DNA of 64,000 nucleotides from Escherichia coli (GTDB lineage Bacteria; Pseudomonadota; Gammaproteobacteria; Enterobacterales; Enterobacteriaceae): NCBI RefSeq assembly GCF_003991155.1, contig NZ_CP031293.1; one strand, 5' to 3'. Shown piece by piece: positions 11,464 to 21,786 of this stretch (position 1 is its first letter; each line of letters starts with the position of its first letter). The notes under the pieces were generated by a model. It saw only the letters and a program-made list of their open reading frames with translations, ran no database searches and was not told where the DNA came from. The position numbers and the translations under genes were made by a program.

Positions 11464-12702
11464 ATGGCTGACACTCGCCCTGAACGTCGCTTTACGCGTA
11501 TTGATCGTCTCCCGCCCTACGTTTTTAACATTACCGCTGAACTGAAAATGGCTGCGCGTCGGCGCGGCGAAGATATTATCGATTTCAGTATGGGTAACCC
11601 GGACGGTGCGACTCCGCCGCATATCGTCGAAAAATTATGTACGGTGGCCCAGCGCCCGGACACGCATGGTTACTCCACTTCACGCGGCATTCCGCGGTTA
11701 CGTCGCGCCATTTCCCGCTGGTATCAGGATCGCTACGACGTTGAAATCGACCCGGAATCAGAAGCCATCGTCACTATTGGTTCGAAAGAGGGCCTGGCGC
11801 ATCTGATGCTGGCGACGCTGGATCACGGTGACACAGTGCTGGTGCCGAATCCAAGTTACCCCATTCATATTTACGGCGCGGTGATTGCCGGGGCGCAGGT
11901 ACGCTCAGTGCCGCTGGTGGAAGGTGTCGATTTCTTCAACGAACTGGAACGCGCCATTCGCGAAAGTTATCCGAAACCGAAGATGATGATCCTCGGCTTC
12001 CCGTCGAACCCAACCGCGCAATGCGTGGAACTGGAATTCTTTGAGAAGGTTGTGGCGCTGGCGAAACGCTACGATGTGCTGGTGGTCCACGACCTGGCCT
12101 ATGCCGATATCGTCTACGATGGCTGGAAAGCGCCGTCAATCATGCAGGTGCCAGGTGCACGCGATGTGGCGGTCGAGTTCTTTACGCTGTCGAAAAGCTA
12201 CAACATGGCGGGCTGGCGTATCGGCTTTATGGTCGGTAACAAAACGCTGGTCAGCGCGTTGGCACGTATTAAAAGCTATCACGATTACGGCACCTTTACG
12301 CCGTTGCAGGTGGCAGCGATTGCGGCGCTGGAGGGCGATCAACAGTGCGTGCGCGACATTGCTGAACAGTACAAACGCCGCCGTGATGTACTGGTAAAAG
12401 GGTTGCATGAAGCGGGCTGGATGGTCGAAATGCCGAAGGCTTCGATGTATGTCTGGGCGAAAATCCCGGAACCGTATGCTGCCATGGGCTCACTGGAATT
12501 TGCCAAGAAACTGCTTAACGAAGCGAAGGTCTGTGTCTCGCCGGGGATCGGCTTTGGCGACTACGGCGACACGCATGTTCGCTTTGCGCTGATTGAAAAC
12601 CGCGATCGTATTCGCCAGGCGATTCGTGGAATTAAAGCGATGTTCCGTGCCGACGGTTTACTACCCGCCAGCAGCAAACATATTCACGAAAACGCGGAAT
12701 AA
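11464..12702 (+). CDS. alaC: glutamate-pyruvate aminotransferase
   Basis: 412 aa; class I aminotransferase with PLP-lysine motif [10 protein letters not shown]. Confidence 0.9.
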   Translation: MADTRPERRFTRIDRLPPYVFNITAELKMAARRRGEDIIDFSMGNPDGATPPHIVEKLCTVAQRPDTHGYSTSRGIPRLRRAISRWYQDRYDVEIDPESEAIVTIGSKEGLAHLMLATLDHGDTVLVPNPSYPIHIYGAVIAGAQVRSVPLVEGVDFFNELERAIRESYPKPKMMILGFPSNPTAQCVELEFFEKVVALAKRYDVLVVHDLAYADIVYDGWKAPSIMQVPGARDVAVEFFTLSKSYNMAGWRIGFMVGNKTLVSALARIKSYHDYGTFTPLQVAAIAALEGDQQCVRDIAEQYKRRRDVLVKGLHEAGWMVEMPKASMYVWAKIPEPYAAMGSLEFAKKLLNEAKVCVSPGIGFGDYGDTHVRFALIENRDRIRQAIRGIKAMFRADGLLPASSKHIHENAE

Positions 12703-12721
12703 ACACCATCGCCAGAAATGC

Positions 12722-12750
12722 AAACAGGAGCCAGATGGCTCCTGTTTTTC
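12722..12750 (+). terminator. rho-independent terminator of alaC
   Basis: AAACAGGAGCC-AGAT-GGCTCCTGTTT hairpin followed by T-run. Confidence 0.65.
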
Positions 12751-12766
12751 ATTGCACAGTTTGCTT

Positions 12767-12838
12767 TTAGATCATCAGGGCAAAAGTACCGGCCCAAACG
12801 ATGACCATAAAAGAAATGCCCATAAAGAAATATTTCAC
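12767..12838 (-). CDS. ypdK: small membrane protein (23 aa)
   Basis: GTG-initiated 23-codon ORF translating to VKYFFMGISFMVIVWAGTFALMI; position between alaC and lpxP matches K-12 ypdK (memory). Confidence 0.5.
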   Translation of the reverse strand: MKYFFMGISFMVIVWAGTFALMI

Positions 12839-13193
12839 TTTACATCTCTCCGCGTAATTACTGTTACGCCTGAATGACTTCATTACACCTGATACAGTGA
12901 GTTGACACCGGGCAAAACGACCTTAAAAGTCCTGTATTTTACCGTGGGCATCACCCCAGAATTCTGAGCTAAACTGCTCCAGACGGCGCTAATGTACGCC
13001 TAAAACTGAAACGAGACAAGAGGCATTTTCTTATTTACTTTTAGTAACTTACAGGTGTCTCATATCGGCGACAGTTTAATTTCTGACGGTAATAATTAGA
13101 GATTCAGCGAAGGAAAAAACCTTAAGAAAAAAGCCATAAAAACCATGAGGTTATTATGGCTGATTTGAGGAGGGAAAGAGTAAGAGCCGTTTG

Positions 13194-14114
13194 TTAAATG
13201 TATAGCGACGATTCTCCCACCGGGCGCGTTTTAAAGCGACGGTGGATCCATAGGTACTGCTCCGGTGCGCGCATGATCTCTTTTTCGATAATCTTGTTCA
13301 TATAGGCAGCGGCTTGATTTTCATCTGCCGGGTAGCCTTCCATCTCTGGGGTGATGTACAAACGATATCCGCTGTAATCCGCTTTTCTTACCATCGTTAC
13401 GGTTAACATGGCTGCGCCAGAGAGACGTGAAAGGACATACGTACCATTGGTTGTGGCAACATTTTCCACCGCAAAGAACGGCGCGAAGGAGCTGCCTTTA
13501 CGACCATAATCCTGATCGGGAGCAAACCATACCGCTTCACCTTTCTTCAGTGCACCGACAATGCCGCGCAGATTATTTCTGCCGATCATCGCTTTGTTAG
13601 AGCGCATGCGACCACGGGTCTGCACCCATTCCATCAGCTGATTATTATGTGGACGATAGGTGGCCATCATTGGCTGACAAAGTCCCATCACGCGGCCGCC
13701 CAGTTCCAGCGACATAAAATGGACGCCGACAACCATTACGCCGCGATTTTGCATTTGTGCGCGTTTAAGGTTATCCAGCCCTTCCACATCAAACCATTTA
13801 CGTACGCGACTGTCGGGCCAGAACCATGCCATGCCGGTTTCTACCAGCGCCATGCCGAGTGAACGAAAGTTTTCGGCAATCATCTTCTCGCGTTCTTCCG
13901 CAGAATGCTGCGGGAAGCAAAGTTCCAGGTTTTTACGGGCGATAGATTCACGACGTTTCAGGAATGGTCGCGCCATTGTGCCGATACGCGTGCCGAGAAA
14001 GCAGAGAACAGGATAAGGAAGCTGTACCCAAAGCCAGAGTACACCAAGCCCAAACCACGTGAGCCAGTAGCGAGGATGCAGAAACTCGCGTGAAAATTTG
14101 CATTTTGGAAACAT
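13194..14114 (-). CDS. lpxP: lipid A palmitoleoyltransferase
   Basis: 306 aa from ATG at 14114 (MFPKCKFSREFLHPRYW); HtrB/LpxL family; track ORF extends upstream to 14180. Confidence 0.9.
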   Translation of the reverse strand: MFPKCKFSREFLHPRYWLTWFGLGVLWLWVQLPYPVLCFLGTRIGTMARPFLKRRESIARKNLELCFPQHSAEEREKMIAENFRSLGMALVETGMAWFWPDSRVRKWFDVEGLDNLKRAQMQNRGVMVVGVHFMSLELGGRVMGLCQPMMATYRPHNNQLMEWVQTRGRMRSNKAMIGRNNLRGIVGALKKGEAVWFAPDQDYGRKGSSFAPFFAVENVATTNGTYVLSRLSGAAMLTVTMVRKADYSGYRLYITPEMEGYPADENQAAAYMNKIIEKEIMRAPEQYLWIHRRFKTRPVGESSLYI

Positions 14115-14466
14115 AGTTACCTTCTGTAGATACGAATTGTTGTATCGCAGAAGATTCCATGTCGACAGCGGTACACTCAATTGATTAGGCCATCATGTAC
14201 GACAATGGTTCCTGTAAAGAGTGTAAAGACTAGTCAGGACATAACCACGAGGAGCATGAATGCGGTGGCTCTACTTTATCACTGGCTGACTGCTTTCAGC
14301 TACTGATTATTAATCGTGCAAAGTAAAAAGTTTTCCGCACGCAATAGCGTTGCATTTAACGTGCTGTTTTCATTGATGCTTAGCAAAAATTGCCAGAGGT
14401 TAAGGATTGTCTTACTATTAAAGTGACTGAAGTTACAGGTTTTTTAGCGCGGCAGGAGGTTGAGCT

Positions 14467-14709
14467 ATGATTTATTTATGGATGTTTCTCGCCCTGTGTA
14501 TTGTCTGCGTAAGCGGATACATCGGTCAGGTCCTGAACGTGGTCTCGGCGGTCTCTTCTTTCTTCGGCATGGTGATCCTCGCTGCACTCATTTACTACTT
14601 CACCATGTGGTTAACTGGCGGTAATGAACTAGTGACGGGGATATTTATGTTTCTTGCCCCGGCTTGTGGCTTGATGATTCGCTTTATGGTGGGATATGGC
14701 AGGCGGTAG
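14467..14709 (+). CDS. yfdY: DUF2545 small membrane protein
   Basis: 80 aa, two predicted TM helices; K-12 synteny. Confidence 0.8.
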   Translation: MIYLWMFLALCIVCVSGYIGQVLNVVSAVSSFFGMVILAALIYYFTMWLTGGNELVTGIFMFLAPACGLMIRFMVGYGRR

Positions 14710-14785
14710 TGGGTCAGGATGGTTCATTTGGGCAGGTGTTCACATCAGCATCAGACATGATTGTTCACCTGCCGTGTGACAGACG

Positions 14786-15061
14786 CTATCGCACAGGATG
14801 GATAAGATAATTCGCCTTTGTCGGAAAAGGGGGCAGAATTTCTTCTGTGAGGTTTAATGGTGGCGCATCTTCTCTCATTTTTAACAAAATCGCCTGTGAT
14901 GGCTGAAATTTTGTAGAATGAGTTGTCGTCATCATTGACGTTTTTTCTGTCTCTTTATAGCTCGCCTCACTACCACCACCAGAAATAGAAAATGCAAAAA
15001 CATTGCATGCCATAATAGAGACCAATAAAAATAAGCTAAAAAGCATTAAGTTTACTTTCAT
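14786..15061 (-). CDS. ypdI: putative lipoprotein
   Basis: 91 aa with lipoprotein signal peptide (LVSIMAC); K-12 synteny. Confidence 0.75.
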   Translation of the reverse strand: MKVNLMLFSLFLLVSIMACNVFAFSISGGGSEASYKETEKTSMMTTTHSTKFQPSQAILLKMREDAPPLNLTEEILPPFPTKANYLIHPVR

Positions 15062-15203
15062 AGAAAGTTATCCTGAAAATGGTTCACTGAAAACCTACGA
15101 CGTTATTGCTGTATTTACATATAATTAATCAGTATTTACATCGATATAATAAATGACATCTCTTTTTGGTATATAAGAATAATTCTCTGTGACAGGAAGC
15201 ATA

Positions 15204-15221
15204 TTCCTACAACTGTAAGAC
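15204..15221. promoter_or_regulatory. EvgA-box-like 18-bp palindrome upstream of yfdX
   Basis: TTCCTACAACTGTAAGAC, one mismatch to a perfect TTCYTACA-N2-TGTARGAA palindrome; consensus recalled from memory. Confidence 0.55.
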
Positions 15222-15241
15222 TAAATGCCGCTTTGCGATAA

Positions 15242-15259
15242 TAACTACAGTTGTAAGAT
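15242..15259. promoter_or_regulatory. second imperfect EvgA-box-like palindrome upstream of yfdX
   Basis: TAACTACAGTTGTAAGAT; TACA-N2-TGTA core conserved. Confidence 0.4.
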
Positions 15260-15356
15260 AACCCTTTCAAAATGTCCGTTGCTCTCTGATTTCTCATTTC
15301 ATGCTCACCCAATATGATGGCGGCGTTTTCTAAAACTGTTAAAGAATGAGGTAAGT

Positions 15357-15989
15357 ATGAAACGTTTAATTATGGCTACGATGGTCACAGCAGTTCTGGC
15401 ATCTTCAACTGTATGGGCTGCTGATAATGCACCGGTAGCGGCACAACAGCAAACTCAGCAAGTTCAGCAACCCCAAAAAACGGCAGCAGCAGAGCGTATC
15501 TCTGAACAAGGTTTATATGCGATGCGTGACGTGCAGGTAGCGCGCCTGGCTCTGTTTCATGGCGATCCGGAAAAGGCAAAAGAACTGACCAATGAAGCTT
15601 CCGCTTTGCTGTCTGATGATAGTACCGAATGGGCAAAGTTCGCAAAGCCAGGTAAAAAGACCAATGTCAATGATGACCAATATATTGTCATTAATGCATC
15701 TGTCGGAATTTCTGAGAGTTATGTAGCGACACCCGAAAAAGAAGCCGCGATAAAAATTGCCAACGAAAAAATGGCGAAAGGGGATAAAAAGGGCGCAATG
15801 GAAGAGCTTCGCCTGGCCGGTGTTGGTGTAATGGAAAACCAATATCTGATGCCGCTTAAACAGACTCGTAATGCACTTGCTGATGCGCAGAAACTGCTTG
15901 ATAAAAAGCAATACTACGAGGCAAACCTGGCGCTTAAAGGTGCGGAAGATGGAATCATCGTCGATAGCGAAGCACTGTTTGTGAACTAA
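15357..15989 (+). CDS. yfdX: periplasmic protein YfdX
   Basis: 210 aa with signal peptide; first gene of the yfdX-frc-oxc-yfdVE cluster. Confidence 0.9.
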   Translation: MKRLIMATMVTAVLASSTVWAADNAPVAAQQQTQQVQQPQKTAAAERISEQGLYAMRDVQVARLALFHGDPEKAKELTNEASALLSDDSTEWAKFAKPGKKTNVNDDQYIVINASVGISESYVATPEKEAAIKIANEKMAKGDKKGAMEELRLAGVGVMENQYLMPLKQTRNALADAQKLLDKKQYYEANLALKGAEDGIIVDSEALFVN

Positions 15990-16232
15990 AGCTGACAGGC
16001 AATATATTGAGGTAAAGGATTTTACTCCCTCCAGCCGACAATTTTTTATGGCCACAATACGACAGGTTGTGGCCATAAAATTATTTGGCGCTCGCGGTTC
16101 TATAAACTCGAATTTTATCTTCCTCAAAGTAAACCGCAATAATCCCGTGTTATCACAAATCATTTATTATGTTATGTTTTATGGTACGCTTTAAAAAGCG
16201 TAATCATACCCTTACTTGTAAATCACTGGCGC

Positions 16233-16250
16233 TTCTTACAGTTGTAAGAA
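16233..16250. promoter_or_regulatory. perfect EvgA-box-like palindrome upstream of frc
   Basis: TTCTTACAGTTGTAAGAA, perfect 8-2-8 palindrome about 250 bp upstream of frc. Confidence 0.55.
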
Positions 16251-16500
16251 TAACATCACAAATGTCGCGGCTCTCTCTGATTACCGCGAGCCAATATTTA
16301 TCATATTCTTCTTTTCGTCCTCACTACTTACCATGCAGAAAGGAATTGGAAGTAGCGATGAAATGATTTTCAGTACTTGATACAGGAATTTAAAAATATC
16401 GAGTGCAGCTACGACGATATTTTGCGGATTATTTATAGAGGCGTTATGTCTTAAATAAACGCTAAATTAACACATATTTAATTAACTAATAGGTATTGCT

Positions 16501-17751
16501 ATGTCAACTCCACTTCAAGGAATTAAAGTTCTCGATTTCACCGGTGTGCAATCTGGCCCATCTTGTACTCAAATGCTGGCCTGGTTTGGCGCTGACGTCA
16601 TTAAAATTGAACGTCCCGGCGTTGGTGACGTAACGCGTCACCAGCTGCGAGATATTCCTGATATCGATGCGCTTTACTTCACCATGCTTAACAGTAACAA
16701 ACGTTCTATTGAATTAAATACCAAAACAGCGGAAGGCAAAGAGGTAATGGAAAAGCTGATCCGCGAAGCTGATATCTTAGTCGAGAACTTTCATCCTGGG
16801 GCCATTGATCACATGGGCTTCACCTGGGAGCATATTCAAGAAATCAATCCACGTCTGATTTTTGGTTCGATCAAAGGGTTTGATGAGTGTTCGCCTTATG
16901 TGAATGTAAAAGCCTATGAAAACGTTGCTCAGGCAGCGGGTGGCGCGGCATCCACTACGGGTTTTTGGGACGGTCCGCCGCTGGTAAGCGCTGCAGCGTT
17001 GGGTGACAGCAACACCGGAATGCATTTACTGATCGGTTTACTTGCTGCTTTGCTGCATCGCGAAAAAACGGGGCGTGGGCAACGAGTCACCATGTCAATG
17101 CAGGATGCCGTATTGAACCTTTGCCGCGTGAAATTACGCGACCAGCAGCGTCTCGATAAATTGGGTTATCTGGAAGAATATCCGCAGTATCCGAATGGCA
17201 CATTTGGTGATGCAGTTCCCCGCGGAGGTAATGCGGGGGGGGGCGGTCAGCCTGGCTGGATCCTGAAATGTAAAGGCTGGGAAACCGATCCTAACGCCTA
17301 TATTTATTTCACTATTCAGGAGCAAAACTGGGAAAACACCTGTAAAGCTATCGGCAAACCAGAATGGATTACCGATCCGGCATACAGTACAGCTCATGCC
17401 CGACAGCCACATATTTTCGATATTTTTGCTGAAATCGAAAAATACACTGTCACTATTGATAAACATGAAGCTGTGGCCTATTTGACTCAGTTTGATATTC
17501 CTTGTGCACCGGTTTTAAGTATGAAAGAAATTTCACTTGATCCCTCTTTGCGCCAAAGTGGCAGTGTTGTCGAAGTGGAACAACCGTTGCGTGGAAAATA
17601 TCTGACAGTTGGTTGTCCAATGAAATTCTCTGCCTTTACGCCGGATATTAAAGCTGCGCCGCTATTAGGTGAACATACCGCTGCTGTATTGCAGGAGCTG
17701 GGTTATAGCGACGATGAAATTGCTGCAATGAAGCAAAACCACGCCATCTGA
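16501..17751 (+). CDS. frc: formyl-CoA:oxalate CoA-transferase
   Basis: 416 aa; family III CoA-transferase with glycine-rich loop [11 protein letters not shown]. Confidence 0.9.
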
Positions 17752-17804
17752 TATTAACGGGGGCTTCTGGCTCCCAATTTATAAAAATTTCGAGGTTATT
17801 AATC

Positions 17805-19499
17805 ATGTCAGATCAACTTCAAATGACAGATGGTATGCATATCATCGTTGAAGCATTAAAACAGAATAATATTGACACTATTTATGGTGTTGTAGGTATT
17901 CCTGTTACGGATATGGCGCGCCATGCCCAGGCGGAAGGCATTCGTTATATTGGTTTTCGTCATGAGCAGTCGGCAGGCTATGCCGCTGCAGCAAGCGGTT
18001 TTCTTACCCAAAAACCAGGGATCTGCCTGACAGTGTCTGCGCCAGGATTCCTCAATGGTTTGACCGCATTGGCCAACGCAACGGTAAATGGTTTTCCGAT
18101 GATCATGATTAGCGGCTCCAGCGACCGCGCGATCGTCGACCTACAGCAAGGTGATTATGAAGAGCTGGACCAAATGAATGCGGCAAAACCGTATGCCAAA
18201 GCAGCATTCCGCGTTAATCAGCCGCAGGATCTTGGCATTGCATTGGCACGCGCTATCCGGGTCTCAGTATCGGGTCGCCCTGGCGGAGTTTATCTTGATT
18301 TGCCAGCAAATGTCCTGGCCGCGACGATGGAAAAAGACGAAGCGTTAACCACGATTGTAAAAGTTGAAAATCCGTCGCCAGCATTATTGCCATGCCCGAA
18401 GTCAGTCGCTAGCGCAATTTCGCTTTTAGCAAAAGCTGAACGACCATTAGTTATCCTTGGCAAAGGCGCGGCGTATTCACAAGCTGATGAACAGCTTCGT
18501 GAATTTATTGAAAGTGCCCAGATTCCATTCCTGCCAATGTCTATGGCGAAAGGGATCCTGGAAGATACACATCCACTTTCTGCGGCAACTGCGCGTTCGT
18601 TTGCCCTGGCAAATGCTGACGTTGTCATGCTTGTTGGTGCACGACTGAATTGGTTACTGGCACACGGTAAAAAAGGATGGGCGGCAGATACACAGTTTAT
18701 TCAACTGGATATTGAACCGCAGGAAATTGACAGCAACCGCCCCATTGCTGTGCCAGTCGTTGGCGATATTGCATCCAGTATGCAAGGTATGCTGGCAGAA
18801 CTGAAACAAAACACATTTACGACTCCACTGGTATGGCGCGATATTTTAAATATCCACAAGCAGCAAAATGCACAAAAAATGCATGAAAAATTAAGTACAG
18901 ATACTCAACCATTAAATTACTTTAATGCATTAAGTGCTGTGCGCGATGTATTGCGCGAGAACCAGGATATTTATTTAGTTAATGAAGGTGCAAATACCCT
19001 GGATAATGCACGAAATATTATTGATATGTATAAACCACGTCGTCGTCTGGATTGTGGCACCTGGGGTGTCATGGGCATCGGTATGGGCTATGCCATCGGT
19101 GCTAGCGTGACCTCTGGTTCTCCGGTTGTCGCCATTGAAGGTGATAGTGCTTTTGGTTTCAGTGGGATGGAGATTGAAACGATTTGTCGATATAACCTGC
19201 CGGTGACGATCGTTATTTTTAATAATGGCGGCATCTACAGAGGAGACGGTGTTGATCTCAGTGGCGCTGGTGCACCATCACCAACAGATCTGTTGCACCA
19301 TGCAAGGTATGACAAATTAATGGATGCGTTTCGTGGCGTTGGCTATAACGTCACCACGACAGATGAACTTCGTCATGCTTTAACCACCGGTATTCAGTCG
19401 CGCAAACCGACCATTATTAATGTGGTCATCGACCCTGCAGCAGGAACTGAAAGTGGCCATATTACCAAACTTAACCCAAAACAAGTCGCTGGTAATTAA
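17805..19499 (+). CDS. oxc: oxalyl-CoA decarboxylase (ThDP-dependent)
   Basis: 564 aa; ThDP-binding motif [31 protein letters not shown]. Confidence 0.9.
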
Positions 19500-19567
19500 A
19501 TACTGACATCGTCTCCTCTTGCCAACTCATTATCGATGGTGAGGGGACCCTTATCGGAAATACTATT

Positions 19568-20512
19568 ATGCTAACATTTTTTATTGGCGATTTATTGCCT
19601 ATTATCGTAATCATGCTGTTGGGTTATTTTAGCGGCAGACGAGAAACTTTTTCAGAAGATCAAGCCCGGGCATTTAATAAACTGGTATTAAACTACGCTC
19701 TTCCTGCGGCCCTATTTGTTTCTATTACCCGGGCAAACAGGGAAATGATTTTTGCGGACACTCGCCTGACCCTTGTATCACTTGTGGTTATTGTCGGATG
19801 TTTCTTTTTCTCCTGGTTTGGTTGCTACAAATTTTTTAAACGTACCCATGCAGAAGCAGCAGTATGTGCATTAATTGCAGGCTCACCTACCATCGGATTC
19901 CTGGGGTTTGCAGTTCTCGATCCTATTTATGGTGATTCCGTATCAACAGGTTTAGTGGTAGCAATTATTTCTATTATTGTTAACGCAATTACTATTCCTA
20001 TTGGTCTGTATTTGCTGAATCCTTCCTCAGGAGCGGATGGTAAGAAGAATAGTAATCTGAGCGCATTAATTTCTGCGGCAAAGGAGCCAGTAGTATGGGC
20101 ACCTGTTCTGGCAACGATCCTGGTGTTGGTTGGGGTAAAAATTCCGGCAGCATGGGACCCAACCTTTAATCTGATTGCGAAGGCTAACTCAGGGGTAGCG
20201 GTGTTCGCTGCGGGGTTGACTCTGGCTGCACATAAATTCGAGTTCAGTGCCGAAATTGCTTATAACACCTTCCTGAAGCTGATTCTGATGCCACTGGCGC
20301 TGCTTCTCGTGGGTATGGCATGTCATTTGAACAGCGAACATTTGCAGATGATGGTACTGGCAGGCGCATTACCGCCGGCATTCTCCGGAATCATTATTGC
20401 CAGTCGGTTTAATGTCTACACCCGCACTGGTACAGCGTCATTGGCTGTGAGCGTACTGGGTTTTGTCGTCACGGCTCCCTTGTGGATTTATGTCAGTCGA
20501 CTGGTTTCATAA
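19568..20512 (+). CDS. yfdV: auxin-efflux-carrier-family transporter
   Basis: 314-aa polytopic membrane ORF; K-12 synteny. Confidence 0.85.
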
Positions 20513-20540
20513 TTAATCATGTTATTGATTTTACATAAAT

Positions 20541-20570
20541 GCCGAAGTGCCTTTTCACCTTCGGCTTTTT
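20541..20570 (+). terminator. hairpin plus T6 between yfdV and yfdE (possible attenuator)
   Basis: GCCGAAGTG...CACCTTCGGC stem with one bulge followed by TTTTTT, ending 15 bp before the yfdE ATG. Confidence 0.45.
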
Positions 20571-20585
20571 TCAAGGCATAAGCAA

Positions 20586-21731
20586 ATGACAAATAATGAA
20601 AGCAAAGGGCCGTTTGAAGGCTTATTAGTTATCGATATGACACATGTCCTTAATGGACCTTTCGGAACTCAACTTCTTTGTAATATGGGCGCAAGGGTAA
20701 TTAAAGTTGAGCCGCCGGGCCATGGTGATGATACCCGCACATTTGGTCCCTATGTGGATGGACAGTCACTCTATTACAGTTTTATTAATCATGGCAAAGA
20801 GAGTGTGGTTCTTGATTTAAAGAATGATCACGATAAAAGTATATTTATAAATATGCTTAAACAAGCTGATGTATTAGCTGAGAATTTTCGCCCAGGTACA
20901 ATGGAAAAACTGGGGTTTTCATGGGAAAGGTTACAAGAAATCAACCCGCGCCTTATATATGCTTCATCGTCAGGTTTCGGACATACCGGTCCGCTAAAAG
21001 ATGCTCCTGCCTACGATACCATCATTCAGGCAATGAGCGGGATAATGATGGAAACAGGATACCCTGATGCTCCGCCAGTGCGCGTTGGTACCTCTCTTGC
21101 GGATCTATGTGGTGGTGTTTATTTATTCAGCGGAATAGTGAGTGCACTTTATGGCCGCGAAAAGAGCCAGAGAGGTGCGCATGTCGATATAGCGATGTTT
21201 GATGCCACGCTGAGTTTTCTGGAGCATGGACTGATGGCATATATCGCGACTGGGAAGTCACCACAACGCCTGGGAAATCGCCATCCCTACATGGCACCTT
21301 TTGATGTTTTTGATACTCAGGATAAGCCGATTACAATTTGTTGTGGTAATGACAAGCTTTTTTCTGCGTTATGCCAGGCACTGGAGCTTACAGAACTGGT
21401 TAATGATCCCCGATTTAGCAGCAATATTTTACGCGTACAAAACCAGGCTATTCTTAAACAATATATTGAGCGAACGTTAAAAACGCAGGCAGCTGAAGTT
21501 TGGTTAGCCAGAATACATGAAGTTGGTGTACCCGTCGCGCCGTTATTAAGTGTGGCTGAGGCCATTAATTTGCCACAAACTCAGGCGAGAAATATGTTGA
21601 TTGAAGCCGGAGGAATAATGATGCCAGGTAATCCGATAAAAATCAGCGGCTGCGCGGACCCGCATGTTATGCCGGGAGCGGCAACGCTCGACCAGCATGG
21701 GGAACAAATTCGCCAGGAGTTCTCATCATAA
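20586..21731 (+). CDS. yfdE: acetyl-CoA:oxalate CoA-transferase
   Basis: 381 aa from ATG at 20586 (MTNNESKGPFEG); family III CoA-transferase paralogous to frc. Confidence 0.85.
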   Translation: MTNNESKGPFEGLLVIDMTHVLNGPFGTQLLCNMGARVIKVEPPGHGDDTRTFGPYVDGQSLYYSFINHGKESVVLDLKNDHDKSIFINMLKQADVLAENFRPGTMEKLGFSWERLQEINPRLIYASSSGFGHTGPLKDAPAYDTIIQAMSGIMMETGYPDAPPVRVGTSLADLCGGVYLFSGIVSALYGREKSQRGAHVDIAMFDATLSFLEHGLMAYIATGKSPQRLGNRHPYMAPFDVFDTQDKPITICCGNDKLFSALCQALELTELVNDPRFSSNILRVQNQAILKQYIERTLKTQAAEVWLARIHEVGVPVAPLLSVAEAINLPQTQARNMLIEAGGIMMPGNPIKISGCADPHVMPGAATLDQHGEQIRQEFSS

Positions 21732-21753
21732 ATGTAAGATGTGCTGGTAAATA

Positions 21754-21780
21754 GCTCCCACATTAGAACATTGTGGGAGC
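21754..21780. terminator. hairpin between convergent yfdE and evgS
   Basis: 9-bp stem GCTCCCACA/TGTGGGAGC; flanking T-runs weak. Confidence 0.4.
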
Positions 21781-21786
21781 CGCAAT

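Noticed and set aside
16044..16080. 13-bp-stem palindrome TTTTATGGCCACA...TGTGGCCATAAAA downstream of yfdX
   Set aside because: The U-run is part of the 5' side of the stem and the following TTATTTGG is weak, so it could not be called a terminator with confidence; it may be a protein-binding palindrome or REP-like element.
15513..16163. 216-aa minus-strand ORF antisense to yfdX
   Set aside because: Lies opposite the well-supported yfdX gene and has no recognisable domain; treated as a chance ORF.
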